60,000 nt of DNA from Camelus ferus (GCF_009834535.1 NC_045696.1:120902001-120962000), one strand, 5' to 3'. Shown: positions 36,441 to 50,182, counted from the stretch's first letter. Numbers and translations: made by a program. The notes: generated by a model not told the origin, from the letters alone.

Positions 36441-38321
36441 ATGTAACGTGAGTGTTCAGAGTGCTCTAGGAGATCCTAAGAGGGGTGTTTTTATTTGGGA
36501 GAATCAATGACGAAGTCTTGGAAGAAGTGACATTTGACCCACGGTGGGCTTTGACTATGGTGAGAGATGGGTCAGAACTTGCCAGGCAGAGGGAACAGAG
36601 TGAGCAAAGGCACAGGGCTGAGGAAACGTGGCTCTTTTAGGGGGAATGAAGAGTTCCATCGGAAATGCTGGTGGAGTAACGAGTGGGGCTGTGAGTAGAC
36701 GTAGGTTAGATCAGGCTGCAGGGGCTTTATTTTGTAGCACAGACATTGATACCATGAAGTGGAGCTGTAATGTGACCGGAGCTGCAGGAAGATTAGCTGA
36801 CAAATCACAGAGGAGAGAGAGGGCAACTTGGGCTATCCGTCTGGAACCTTTCATAATATCCGCGCGTGAGTAAGACCTGAGCCAAGGTGGCCGCCATGGG
36901 CGGCACATGGATGGATGAGCATGAACCTGACAAGTTGAAATGAACAGGCTTGAAATTGAGTGGTTATGTGTGAGGTGCGGGAGGGGCAGGTCAGAGGTGG
37001 ACCTGTTTGTCACCGGAAGGTGAGCAGGGGGTTAATTGTAAATATGCTGCATCAGCGGGGATGGTGGGTGCCAGGTGGGGATGTGGGGAGAAAAGGAGGT
37101 TAGAAGTGAGGGCCTAGATCTTGGGGAGACAAAAGCTTGTCTTTGTTCAGATTCTTCCAGTGTCGGAACCTGAAACAAAGACAGGTACAAGGCATTTCTC
37201 TCAGGTGGTACCCAGAAATAGGAGTTGAGGGGGGTGGATGGGGGAAGGGGGGCATGTGGGCATCTGGGTGGGGGGTGCACCGGCAGCCTTCCTTCTCCTG
37301 TGCATGTTGAGGTTTGGGTTCCTCTTTCAGGGCTTTTTCAAAAATTCTGGCCCACCCAGAACATTTGTTTTCTAACACTATCCTGAATCTCCGCTTGAAA
37401 AATTTCTCACATTCCTGGGAATCTGGGCTGGGGTCAGAGGCAGGTGTCTCCATCTTGATCCAATCTCCAGAATAGTTTTCAAGTAGAGAAATGCTCTATA
37501 TTATTCCTGATCACAAAAACATCACCTACTTTTCACTTCTGTTATTGTCAAGATTTAATTTCTATAGTTCTAAGATAGGTTTTTTCAGAGAATACAGTTA
37601 TTTATCTTAATTATCTGTTTTTATAACAGTTTAAATCCAAAAGAATGAGTCTGTTAGCATATGGCATAGACACTTAGAAGTAATGATGTAACGAGCCAAG
37701 AGTCCTCACAGTTGACTGACAGCTACCTTGAGAATGTGACGCCAAACCTCATTCCTGCTGAGGGAAGCCGTGCTGTGTGGACAGAAGGCAGTCCCGCCTT
37801 GTGCACTGGCCCCTGCAGGTCGGCTCTCCCGTCTGCCCCGTTCCTCTGGCCACTCTGCTTTCTCACAGCCGAGGGAGGGACAAACAGAAACACCCATGGT
37901 TCTCAAAGGTTCTGCTCAGAGCTGACAGTCACCCGGTCTGTCCCCATGCCTTTGACCCGAGCAAGTCTCATGACCAAACCCAGGGTCACAGTGGGGGTGC
38001 CTGCTCCTCTCAAAGGGACTGCTCACTTCCAGGCACAAGAGGTGCGAATATCTGGGGACAAGGGCGTGTCCTTCCACAACGGTTCCTCCACTGTCAGCCT
38101 AGTCTTTCAGACTAGAGTCTGAAGTAGAAATAAAAATAGATCTAGCTGCAAAGCCCTGTCCCCGCCTTCTCCTCTTGTGGTCTATAGTACGTATGACAGT
38201 GTGTTTTTAAATGACATGGACTGTCTACAAATGAGTTAGGAAGATTACTTTGGAATGATTTACGTGAAGAGGTTAGATTTGACTCCTCTGTTGCAGATGC
38301 CTTGCAAATTCTTTTAATGCA

Positions 38322-38799
38322 TGTGGTGGTCAGTTGTATGTGTCAGTCTGACTAGGCCATGAGGTTCCCAGTTTAAACACCGCTCCTGGGTGTGGCTGTG
38401 AGGCTGTTTCCAGGTGAGGGCAGCACTGGAGCCAGAGGCCTCTGTCAAGTGGGCGCCCTCTCCAGCCCCTGAGGGCCTGAACAGGACAAAAGGCAGAGGC
38501 CGGAGCAGGTGCCCCTCTCCTGCCTCCCTGCTGAGCTGGGACAGCTTGCCTGTCTTCTCCTACCCTTGGACTGAGAGACAGACCGCAGACCCACTGGTCT
38601 CAGGCCTTCAGACCAGGACCGAACTAGACCCCCAGCTGTCCTGGGCCTTCGGCTGCAGATGGCAGACCTGGGGACTCCTCAGCGTCCAGAACTGCGGGGG
38701 CCAGTTACTTATAATGCAGCTCATCTGCGTCTGCTTCTGCCTCTGCCTCTGCCTGTCTCTCCCTGGGTCCTGTTTCTCTGGAGAACCCTGACTCATGCA
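38322..38799 (+). mobile_element. ERVL solo LTR (MLT2-like)
   Basis: Starts tgtggtggtcagttgtatgtgtcagtctgactaggcc and ends ctgtttctctggagaaccctgactcatgca. Confidence 0.85.
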
Positions 38800-40809
38800 G
38801 CAGAGCAGATAAAGAAGACCCTGGAAAAGCTAAGAAAAACGAGGTCACAGAAGAAATGATTTTGTTTACACCCTTGAAGCTTTCCTGTGCTTATTTTAAT
38901 TTGGTTTATTTATACATTTGTCATATTCTCAATCTATGGCATATGGCATAAACACTTATAAATTATGAGGCAAAAGCTGAGCATATTCACAGTTCACGAG
39001 CAGCTATCTTGAGAATGTGACACAGAGACCCCTCCCGCCCCGCGGGCCTGGACGTCTGGGCTGCGGGCAGATCAAGCTGTCCAAGGCACTGGTGCTGAGG
39101 CTGGTTCCCAGCCCCCGCCAGGCTGCGTACCGTGGCCGGCCGGCCGGCCGGCCCGGCCCGAGGGGCTTCTCTTTGGTCCAGGGAGAAGGCTCATCTCTGA
39201 AACATCGTCTTCTCTGGGTGCCACCGGAGAACTGGGCATAAGGAGCTGCCTGGGGACAGAGACAAGGTCTTATTCCTCCTTTCGTCCCAGTGCAGACACA
39301 GAAGCCCCAAAATAGAAAAAGTGCCTGCCCCCCATCTCATTTCCGCTGAAGGGGTTCTGCCCTGTTAGTCTAGGTTTTTAAGATAAAGCGCAGAGCAGCC
39401 TCCGCTCCTTTGTGGTCTTGAGGCCTCGCTGACTTTGGTGCTCTCACGGTGGAGGGCACTTTCTCACAGGGCGCTTTCCCAAGGCAACTGCTTGGTCACG
39501 GAGTGGCCTGCACGTCTCCCCAGCCAGCTCGGGAGGCACTGTGTCAGATGGCTGGATGTTCCCCGAGGGGTGGCATGTGGAATTCACCTTCAGCATAATG
39601 AGGCTGCCGGGGAAAGGCCCTCTCTGGGAATCCGGGCCAGGAAACATGGTGGGTGAGCCGTGCGGCCTCAGGTCTGAAGATGGAAAAGCAGATAGAAGCT
39701 GCAGTGTCCGTGCTGTTAGGGGCCCTGCTTTCTCCTGGATCCCACTTCTTGAGGATGTCTGCGGTCACTCTTCTCAAGGAGACCCCACTCCAGTGCCCAG
39801 TGTCGGCCATCCCTACACTGCAGCTACAACTCAGAAGGCTCAGCATGGCCTGAGGGCCAGGACACCGAAGGGAAGCTAGGCCGGGGCCTCAGAATCCAGG
39901 ATGGAGGCCACACAGTGGAGACCAGCAGCAGGCTGCTGAGGTTCAGAACGTTTTCCAATAAGGGCCTGAGGGGAAATGATGGTTAGACTGTCCTTACCGT
40001 CTCCACTGCCTTGCCTTGGGCTCAGGGCCGAGAAACACCTGCTGTGGCTGCCTCCATGGATCTTACTCTGCTCTGGTCCTGGGGGCAGAGAACAGAGCAT
40101 GGCCCGATAGGATGATGAGGTCAAGGGCTGGCCCACCGCTGTCATCCGGTCTTAATCAGGCACCGGGTCCCCTGGGCTTCACGACACAAGTGAGAGGGGC
40201 GTGGAGGGAGAGCTGCATGAGCTTTTGAGAAGGAAGACTTTGTATCAGCTGTCTGTATTGCTAGTCACCTTGTTATTTCTTGGATCTGACTTTTCTGCAC
40301 TTCAAAGGAGAGGATATTAACCAGGTATAAAACCAGGCTTTCTTTTGGGAGCCCTTTTAGCTTACTATAACCACAAAGTCAATCAATTATACCTTAGAAA
40401 ATCTACCAAGTAGCTTGATAGCTGGTCTGTTGCATAGAATACCTTGTTCTGCTACCACAGTGCCAGCCAGTTACCCTCGTAACTGCTTTCTAACGTACTG
40501 TTTGCCTTACTCTTAAACTACCTAGTGGTGACTTACTTACATATGTACATACGTGGGGCTGCTGATGTATTAGTACGCACAACTCACCTGCACTTGCCTA
40601 GGCTCAGTGTCATCAGGTAGGTTTGTCGTAAGTGTTTTGCCTGTTCCAGGTTCTGGTACCTGGCCTCTGGCAGGTTCCCTAGCTCATCACTCCAAATTCT
40701 AAACCCTTAGGCTCTCTGACTCCCAGGGTACAAGAAGCTGAAAGAGACCTGGTACCATCTCCTTGGATCTAGAATCAACAGCTCTAAGGCTCCAGCCTAA
40801 CATCAGCCT

Positions 40810-41180
40810 AAGATGTTTGTAACTGCAAGTTGCAGAAGCAGCTTAAACAATATAGAAAATTTCTTCTCTCACCTAAAAAGAGGTGTCCAAGGAAGTGGTT
40901 CTAGAGTTGGCTAACTCTAGTGGCACAGTGATACCCTCAGGGGTTCTTTCTGCCTCTTTGGCCCTCCATTCCCTGCATGGTTGGGTTTTGGAAGAGGGCT
41001 TGTCCTCTTGTGTTACAACATTACCACGATGGTGCGACATTACCATGAGTCACTCTCATACGACAGTAACCAACAGCCAGGAAAGGTCAAAGGGGCATAT
41101 GTCACCCTCTTATCTTTTATACAAGTAGGGAAATAATTCCTACCCACTTGTAGAAGATTTCTCTTTTGTCTTATTGGTGT
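40810..41180. mobile_element. Old MaLR LTR remnant (MLT1J/K-like)
   Basis: gcagcttaaacaatatagaaaatttcttctctcac...tttctcttttgtcttattgg. Confidence 0.45.
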
Positions 41181-41187
41181 TTGGGGT

Positions 41188-41283
41188 GGGGAGGGTATAG
41201 CTCAAGTGGTAAAGCACATGCTTAGCACGCACAAGGTACTAGGTTCAATCCCCAGTACCTCCTCTAAAATAAATAAATTAAAT
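41188..41283 (+). mobile_element. Camelid SINE (Vic-1-like), short-tailed copy
   Basis: ggggagggtatagctcaagtggtaaagcacatgcttagcacgcacaaggtactaggttcaatccccagtacctcctctaaaataaataaa. Confidence 0.9.
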
Positions 41284-43498
41284 GTAAAGGTCTACTTTAC
41301 AAAAGATAATTTAAAATGTCTCATTAGTGTTAGAAATAATTTCCAAACCTTAGAAAAGGCAAAAGAAATTACTAGGTACTCTTTCAAGTACAGCACTGGA
41401 CTGAACTGTCTACTGTCTGGGCTATTTTATAACCCTGTAGAAGAAAAGGTTATCTTGAATATTTTTGTCCAGTAGAGATGCAAATAATTTCTGGTCAGTG
41501 GAACAGAGAACTCTGGTGATGTGATTTACAGCCTGTTGGACATTAACCAGTTTTGTATCAACCCAGCAGTCATATCCTTCTATAAATAATCCAGCTTCTC
41601 AAAGGCTCTTTGACTCTGTTGTAACATCTTTTTAGATCCCTCATCAATTAATGAGTTGGAAAAAATCTTCGACATGTTTATTTTGTATTTGCATGATATT
41701 CATGATTTTATTTTTTTGAAAATTATACTTTAACATTGGCTAGAATTTTGTAACACCACATTATCTAAACCACTCTCCCCAGAGGGAGAAGGAATCACCT
41801 CAATTAATTTCTAACACCCTCCTCCACATTCACTCCCTAGCCCCTGCCCACTGTGCTCACCTCCCAGGGCCGGGGAGGGCCCAGCCTCCCCAGGCTCATG
41901 CGGTTCTGGCGGCAGGGGAAGAACGGGACGATTGCTGGGCAGGTGCTCGACACTTCCTGCCACAACAGGGCCCAGCGTGGACGTGGAGGAGGCCACATTT
42001 CATTTAACCCTCTTTGTGGAATGTAACTGTTTCTTCTCAAACCACCAAGTAGTCAAAACATACTCACGCTTAGCCCAGCTCTAGATACTGTGGGAATACA
42101 AAAAGGCGGGAGAGAAAATGTATTAAGCGTGAAGTTTCTGTAGTTAGACATGTGGGAATAGTGGTTTGTAGAGTCAGGCAGACCTCAGTCTGTGCTCATC
42201 ATCTCGCCTTTCTGAGCCTGACTTCCTCCCCCAACAGCGGGCACAGTGGCGTACACAGTGGCGCTGGGGTGACCTGCCTGGTGAGGGGCCTAGACTGTGC
42301 TGTCCTCTCCTCTTCACACGTGACAGCACACCACCTCCCTTCACCTCCCCCCCCCCCAAGGGCTTAAGGTGGAGAGGGAAGCCCCACCACCCTCCCAGGC
42401 TTTCCCTGTGCTGCGGCTCTCACTCCACAGGGCTTCTCCCTGGCCCTCCTCCTTAAAGGCTGCAGCTGCAGCTTTGCGCTGGATAACTTATTTTTAAAAC
42501 TGGTATTTCTGGTGATAACTAATTTTGTGGATATGTGCCCGAGAGTCATCACTTGTCAGGAATGAAGTTTCCTTTTGACCTGGTGCGTGTCTGTATTGGT
42601 AACCATTTATAATCATGGATAATTCTTTAAACAGAGGTGCTGGCTGGGTTCCCTTCTGCCTATATTATAATTACCTGTGTGCTTTTCTCTTCTCCCTCCA
42701 CCCCAATTGTAAGCATTTTTGGATACGTGGCCCTGTCTTAGGAATCTTTATATTGCTCACATTTTGTAGCACAGCACATAGGGTGTCATTGGCACTCCAC
42801 TGTTTTTCTGGACTCATGAATGCATCTGACTAGACGGTGTTCGCCTTTGTGCCAAGGATAGTGTTTTTCAAATCAACAGACACGTACTGAGTATCTACCA
42901 TGATTAAAGAAGTGATGGATGAAGGGTGTTACAGACTTGGCCTGAGTTTTTGCTGAGGCTGCTGGGTAATATCTTGCAGCCTCCAGTAGACTGTATGTAG
43001 GATTTTAGAGCCTATTCCGGAAGCAGTGCAGGACCGTGGAAGTTGTAAGTTGAGAATTCAAGAGCAGATTTTCATTTTATAAAACCTCATCCCTGTTGCC
43101 AGCCTAAGTCTCCAGAGGGGGCTCTCCTGTTCAGGCCTGGCGATTAGATACACCATAGTAATCTCTGCCTGGTATGAGTTGTTAGCAATACCTTTTGTGA
43201 AGTCAGGGAGTTATATAGACCATTTTAGAAAGATGTCAATCAAAAATAGCTTGAAAAGCTCTGGCACATGAAAACCCGAGGATTCAATCAAGTTCAACCT
43301 GCCAGTTTTATTAAATGTTTATAGTGCTACAGGGACACTGCAGACAAGTAAGATGTGAACCGTGTAGAGCTTATAACTTAGCACTAATGTGGTGACTGGG
43401 CATCTGGGGAACATGGTGTCAAGAGAATGGAAGGGTGGGCGGCATATCTGCCTTGCTGGAGGTGGTAGGGTGGGTAGGAATTAGGAGATGGTGATAGA

Positions 43499-43547
43499 GA
43501 GGGTCCTTTTCTAAGCGAGGGTCCTTTTCTAAGCGAGGGTCCTTTTC
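43499..43547. repeat. 18-bp tandem repeat (gagggtccttttctaagc) x2.7
   Basis: Two perfect copies at 43499-43534 plus 13 matching nt. Confidence 0.95.
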
Positions 43548-44879
43548 CTAGAAGCGTGAGCTCCTAGGAAACAGGCTGGGGCAAGGATTCCCTGGGGTGT
43601 AGACGCAGGGTGATGAAGCACCATGAAGTGTGTCATCATCACAGAGAGCCGGGGAGAGACACAGCATGTGGCTTGGCCCATAGGCACATGGCAGCAGGCC
43701 ATGGAGGGAGAGGAGGGGACTTATCTGCCTCTTGTCTCTCACTGCTTCACCCCAAGGACCTAACTCCCCTGCAGCTTCAGGATGTGCAAGCGGTCACTTG
43801 GACTGCTAGATTCCACGTCTTCTAGTGTGGTGTCTCATCCTAGACCAGATGTGGCAAGACCCAGAGGGCCTGGCGTTCCCAGGCGGGTGACTGATTGCTC
43901 TCCAGGGTCAGAGCGGGACAGAGTTTTGGAAGGAGGGAGATAGTCAGGGACTCCATGGAGGTCCATGAGGTTTGTATCCAGTGAAGTCCTGAGGGACAGA
44001 TAGGACTCTGAGAGGCAGGGACACTGAGGAAGGAATAGTCATGCTGCATTTAAGTTAACATGAGCGCCACATTGGCTACCACAGAGGTGTGACAATTTCT
44101 TGGCCCAGATTTTCTTGGCTTGTAATTATTCTCGAGATCTTTTCCTTTTAAAAGGTATTCCAAATATATAACTGTTTATGCCTTTGTTAGGTTTTTTCAT
44201 ATGAATACATTAACCAACTGGGAAAAAAATTCTTCCATCAGGTCATTTCTTACAGATGTGTGAATAGGTGGAAGAGGAGGCTGGCCAGAGAGGAGTCCAA
44301 GTGCTGGGCTGTCCGTGGTTCAGCCAGCAGTAGGGGCAAGAGGGGGTCTAGATCGGGGGGCAGGGGTGGAAGAGTGAGGGGCAGGACCGTGGGGGTTAAA
44401 CCACTCCCAGTAGTTCGGGCCTGTTCCCTGGGAGGTCGTCTGTATAACTCAGAAGCTCTCGTGTTCATTTTTCCTCATTCCTCTTTGCTTGGTAGCCTGG
44501 CACAGCCTTTCCTTCCTGATGTATCGGTGGTGACAGTAGCAATAGCAGCGTGAGCAGTAACAGTCACCACTTGGTGGTGTTACAACCATGGCGCAGTCAC
44601 ACCCCTGCTCTAATGTCACTTTCCCCAAGGCTTTCGCTGATCCCCGTAGCATCTCCCACCCTGGGTGTCTCTCGCCTCTTGTCTGCTTTCTTGTTTTGAT
44701 GGTGTTCACTGTGAGCTGACGTCATATATCATATCTCATATCTCATTTAGTTATTTTCTGCCCATTTACCTTATCAGAACCAAGTGTCATGAGCACAGAG
44801 AGTTTACCTGTCTTGATCAGTCATTGCCGGGACCTGGTACTGCTCTAAGCACCTTCATTGGACTCTCATTTCACTGAGG

Positions 44880-47800
44880 CCAGAGTATATGTGGGCTGCA
44901 CTGTGCTGACCCTTTGAAATCTGCTGAAACTTGGCTGTTTGAATTTGTTCATGTTCAGTTTTTGAAAGCGTTCCACGTGTGCCTAAAAGAGCATGCATTT
45001 TTATGCAATATTTAAGTTTATGTGCATTAGCCCATGTTAATTATATTTTTCAAATTTATAATTGTGTTCCCAAAATCCATGTACTTATTATTTTTCTTTT
45101 ACTGAATCTATCAATTACTGAGAGAGATGTTAAATTTCTCACTATGATTATGGATTTGTAAATTTCTCCTTTCATTTCTATTTACATTAATTTTTGCTAT
45201 ATATTGAAGCCTATATCATAAGTTGCACAAAACTACAGAATGTTTAAATCTTTCCAATAAATTACTGATTTATTCATTTATGTAGCAAAACTGTTTTGGC
45301 GGGGGCAGGTAATTAGGTTTACTTATTTATTTTTTAATGGCAGTACTAGGGATTGAACCTAGGACCTCACACATGCTAGGCACACCCCTTACCACTGAAT
45401 TATACCCTCCCCTGCAGTAAAACTCTATTCTTAATGTACCTAATATTCTTTTTTGCCAGCTTTCTCTTCCCTGGAATATTTTTTCTATCCTCTTACTTTC
45501 AACTTTTCTATGTCCTATTATTTTACACATGCTCCTTGTAACATTTTTTAAAATAATAGTTCAGTCCTGTTTCTCTGTGTTTTAATTGATGATGTTAGTC
45601 CTTTGTAATTAACAACATACAGAATGTACTCCTACCATTTTATTTTCTTCCACTTCTACTTTCTTTGGACGGTCATGTTTTTGTTATGTCCCTTTTCTTC
45701 TGCTAGTTTGAAAATTGTACATCTTATTCGTATTATTTGAGTGTTTACCCTTCAATTATTAAATGCATACTTGAATAAATGAAGTTCGAAGCAATCAACA
45801 TATCCACCCTTTTCTTGAACATTACGAAGACTTTAACTCCAATTACATTCTTCTTTTCCTTTATATTATTGCTATTCAGGATTTCAGCTCTGTTTTCTCT
45901 TAATCCTCACTAACTAGTGATTCCATTATCATTAGTACTGGTCTCTGAGCCAACAGTGTTTAGATTTCCTCACATTCATCAATTCTCCATTCACGCGCCC
46001 TCTGCTGCCCCAGACCTTCCTTCTGTGGGCATTTCATTCTCCCCAAAATAAACCCTTAAGTCTTATGGACGGTAAACATCATCAGGTTTTTGTTTGTTTG
46101 CTTGAAAATGTCTTTATTTTTCACTTGTTCTTTCATACTTTTCAATCTAGCTATTATTTCAGCTAAATGTTTTATATTTACCTAATTTAAGCTGTTGTTT
46201 ATGAGACATAAAATCCCAGGTTAACACATAATTCTGACACTTTGAAAATATTATTCCTTGTTCTTCTGGATACTTTTACTGATGTTGAGAAGTCACTTTC
46301 CATCGATTGTCATTCTTATTAAGGTGATCTCTTTTCTTTTAGCTAGCTCTCAGTATATTCTTTGTCACTGGTGTTCTCCAGTATTTGAGGGTTTTATCTG
46401 GTTCTGGATTTCTCTCTTTCTTTTCTTTTTATTCTGCTTGAGATTTGTTTTGTATCCAAACTTGTGAATTCATGTCTTTCTAAATTCTGAAAATTTCCAT
46501 CTCTCATATCTCTGTGGATTTTTCCTCTTCTTGCTTCTTCCTTTGAGAGTGTCCGTTAGATGTATGTTGGATTTTCATGTCTCATCTTCACTCTGTGAAC
46601 TCTTTCTGTAACCTAGAAAGGGATCTGTTTACACATACGTTACAACTTTTAACCATATTTAAGATATCTCCTACACTCTTTGCTATGTTTTTCACCATTT
46701 TATCATGTGTGTACCTCAACCTGAATATTTTTCACTGACCGTTATTCCAGTTTCTAAATCTTCCCTTCTACCGTGTCTTATCTGCTTTCAAACATACCTA
46801 CTGAATTCTTAATTTTAGTCATTTGTTTCAATTCTAGAATTCCTATTAAATTATTTTTAAAATTGTTTATAGAATCTAGTTGTCTCATTGTGTAATTTAT
46901 TTCCTTGAACATATTAATCACAGTTACTTTTAAATCCTTGTCTAGTAATTCCAGCTGGTGGCTCACATATGAATTTGTCTCTATATCTTTTTTTCCTTTG
47001 GTTTTTATTCATTTGGTCTTATCTCTTGGCAAGCCTGGTAGTTTCTGAGTGAATGTTGCACAATGTATGTAAAATGGTGTAGATGTTGGATGATATTATC
47101 TTCCTCTGGAGAGGATTTGATTTTTTTTTTTTCCCGACTGGTAGTTATAGTAGGTGCAGGTCAGCTTGATCCAGTCAGGAGCTGAAAGGGTTTAAGGCTA
47201 GTTCAGACTTTGGGAGGGTTTTCCAGTTTGCCTTTATTTTTCATTCGTCCTTCAGGGTTTCCAGCTGAAGGCTTTAGTTATTTACCAAGACTCCTCTCCA
47301 GCTTTGTGAGTCTACTGAAAGCTCTGTTTAGTTTTTTAGCTTTGTAACAGCTGCTTTTTCCTTAATGTCTTGCCCCAGAGCAGTTTAGGACTCAGCAGAT
47401 GCCTCAAAGATAAAATCTATTCAGAATGTCAGACCTCTCTTCTGTTCCCTTTTCTCTGGGAAATTTGCCCCTCAAGTCCTGGCTGCCTTTGTAGCCCAGA
47501 ACTACAGTTTTTGTCCTCCAAGCTCAGTGAAAATGGTCTCATGTCTAGGCCACAGCTCATGCTTCTTCCAAGTGCCAGAGAGATAACACAGTGGGAGACA
47601 TCAGGCTCACCTCAGTGCATCTCCTTCTTCCCAGGTCTGCCCCCCGAGTGCTCACTGCCTTCATTTGGCTTGACTGGCCTCTGACAGCATCAAAGAGCTA
47701 TTTAAAAATTTTTTACCCAGATTTTATATTGTTTAAATTTTTCAGTGTTCTCTGTGCAGCTGTGGATGGTGGGAGATTTAGTGTGATAACAGCTTACTCC

Positions 47801-48650
47801 ATCATAGTTGGAAGCTGAGGTCTTAATTTGGAGGGTTTTGTTTATTCCAATAATCACATTTTCCCCCTAGATATTCTGTTTGGTTGTTTCTCATACCAGC
47901 ATCATCTCTCTCTCTCTTTTTTTTTTTTTTTTTGAGAGTATTCTGTTTCTATCTTATGTTTTCTATTCTCCATTATTTTAATCATTTGAAATATACTTAT
48001 TTTTTAGTTTTTATCCTATTAGATTATCTGAAATTCCCTCAGGCTTAATTTTATTATATATTATCTGCTGACTTTTATTTTGCATTTGCTTCTGCCAGAT
48101 TCTCCAAGAGGATATTAAACAGCTGAGAGCCAATTTTTATGTTAATTTCCTTGTTTAGGCTTTCTTAAGCTGTGCAGCTATTGCATATTTGAATTTCAAA
48201 TGTGAGTGGGCAGAGAGATTTGGTTACAAAATATGAAGGGAGTTTTTTTTTTTTCCCCACTCAGAGTTCAGATAAGCTTTATTTTCATTTTGTTTACTTG
48301 TGAGTGAATGTTTCTTAGGTCATATTTTCACTTAAGAAGTGGACCATATAAAGAATTCTGACCTTATGTAGTGATATTAGTTCCCACTTTCCATGTTTCA
48401 GGGACTCAAGGTCTTGGCTCTTATGGATTCTGAGCTCCTTAGAGCTGCTGAGAAATCAGCACCTACTGCTCCCTCTGATTTTCAGTTTGCTTTTTGTATA
48501 ACCCCCAGGCATTTGTCTCATTTTCTTGTGGGCTCAGCTGTATATATGTGAAGATACTCATATACTTTATTCAATATTTTTAGTTTTTTTCTTTTTAGGC
48601 AGAGATTTTCAAGTTGTCTAGTTCTTCATAATTTCAGAAATGCAAGTCTT
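44880..48650 (-). mobile_element. Degenerate ancient L1 (L1M/L1ME-like) cluster, including ORF1-like segments
   Basis: T-rich plus strand, with tctatcaattactgagagagatgttaaatttctcactatgattatggatttg. Minus ORF 46778-46966 (LELLDKDLKVTVINMFKEI...ILELKQMTKIKNSV) is ORF1p-like. Boundaries are approximate. Confidence 0.65.
45294..45412 (-). mobile_element. Camelid SINE (Vic-1-like), antisense
   Basis: Reverse complement ggggagggtataattcagtggtaagg...gtcctaggttcaatccctagtactgcc...aaacctaattacctgccccc; degenerate TSD tgYagYaaaact. Confidence 0.9.
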
Positions 48651-49191
48651 AACTGACATAATTTACATTGCTGGTTTATAGTAAGAATTAATGTTATAAT
48701 TAATTAATAATAAATTTTGCCCATAAATAAATACCATCATCAACATAATTTCCACATGTATATAAAGCCTGAACAATTGGATTATAATATACATACTATG
48801 TCCTAGATTATATATAGTCTGTAATAGGTGATAAAGCTCTGTGATAATTGCTCTGTGAGCTGGGTGTATGGGCACTGCATACAGTACTACGTAGGTCACG
48901 CTACAGAAACACAGTAGAGTCTGTCCTACTGAAATAGTTGGAAGTACATCATGCTTCTCCCAACTACACGTTCCCCTCCTTTTAAAGCCTTTGGTTTGAA
49001 ACGCCTGTTTTCTCAGGGAAATTAGAAAATGTGGTGGTGTCTTTGAAGATTTTAAACATTGAAAGATGTATCTCTAGGATTATATGTTTACATGTGAATC
49101 ACTTCACCATCACTCATATGTATTATTTATATTTGGGTTTTAAATTTTTATATTTTGCATGAAATTTTGTATTCTTTTTTGCCTTTTGTAG

Positions 49192-49256
49192 GAGGATACT
49201 CCATCGAGACTTGAAATCAAAGAATATATTTCTGAAAAATAATCTACTTAAAATTG
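49192..49256 (+). CDS. NEK11: NEK11 coding exon, 65 nt (phase 2 to 1): RILHRDLKSKNIFLKNNLLKI(G), the catalytic loop
   Basis: Acceptor ttttttgccttttgtag| and donor TTG|gtaaga. Contains the HRDLKxxN motif. Confidence 0.97.
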
Positions 49257-50182
49257 GTAAGATTTTTAAAATATGTATTCCTTGGGAGAATATACTCTAG
49301 ATGTTATTAATGTATCAAATTAAAGTATCTAAAAGTGTTAGAATAATCATTGGTTGATTAAAACTTCTTAAATTTTTGTTCTTACTTGGTTGTTTCTGAT
49401 TATCTGATGTAAATTGAGATATGAAACATTTGCTCTATACTTGGTAGATTCAGCAAATATTTTTTGAGTTTCTATTCCATGCCAGACACTAACTACTAAC
49501 AAGTGGTTAGACATTGTTTTACTAGTTCAATTACTACAGGTGCCCACCCTACCCATTGATTTTATCATAAGCAATTAGCAGTTATCACAGATAATTAAAA
49601 TGTTGATAGTTAGTTGTCCTTCAGAACTATACCTCCACCCATGATAGTTACTGGATTGTTTGTCTTCATGTGATATGTTCTTAGAGGGAAAGGCATAAAA
49701 GCATGCAACTAATTAGGCAACTGTACGGAAGCTGATAGAGTCAAAATTTTATAGTCATGTTCTTGAAAAGTCTCAGGTTTCTTATTTAAAATTTCTTCTT
49801 TATTGTAAATGAAGAGCAACTCACCCCACCACCAGATAAAATTGCAAATCATTATATTCAGTGCTACCAGAATCATTCTGTTTGTTGTTATTCAGACTTG
49901 AAGTAGCTTTTTGTTTCAAGTTACTGGTTTTCCGTAATTCCAGAAATAAAAAGTTTTAGCTTACATAATTCACTTTCCTGGCTTTAAAGTCTTCTTTCTC
50001 CTGTAAGGCTTATATTTTTAAAGCTATTCACCAGTATTGTGTAATTTAAAATGTGTAACTTTTCTTCCCTTTAAAATGGTATGAATCATTGCATATTAGA
50101 ATTGTCAAATTAGACACTCTTGTTAATTTCCAGTGCTGATTTATATTTCAAAGTATTCACAAAAATTAATTACTATTTCAAG

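Noticed and set aside
6700..41100. Apparent abundance of AP-1 (TGASTCA) sites
   Set aside because: About ten were seen by eye, against roughly seven expected by chance in 60 kb, so there is no clear enrichment.
41188..41270. tRNA gene
   Set aside because: It has Pol III A/B boxes but an A-rich tail and three related dispersed copies with TSDs, so it is a tRNA-derived SINE.
43499..43555. CRISPR-like array or other prokaryotic system
   Set aside because: The repeats are directly adjacent with no spacers, the sequence is mammalian, and no cas-like or bacterial ORFs are present.
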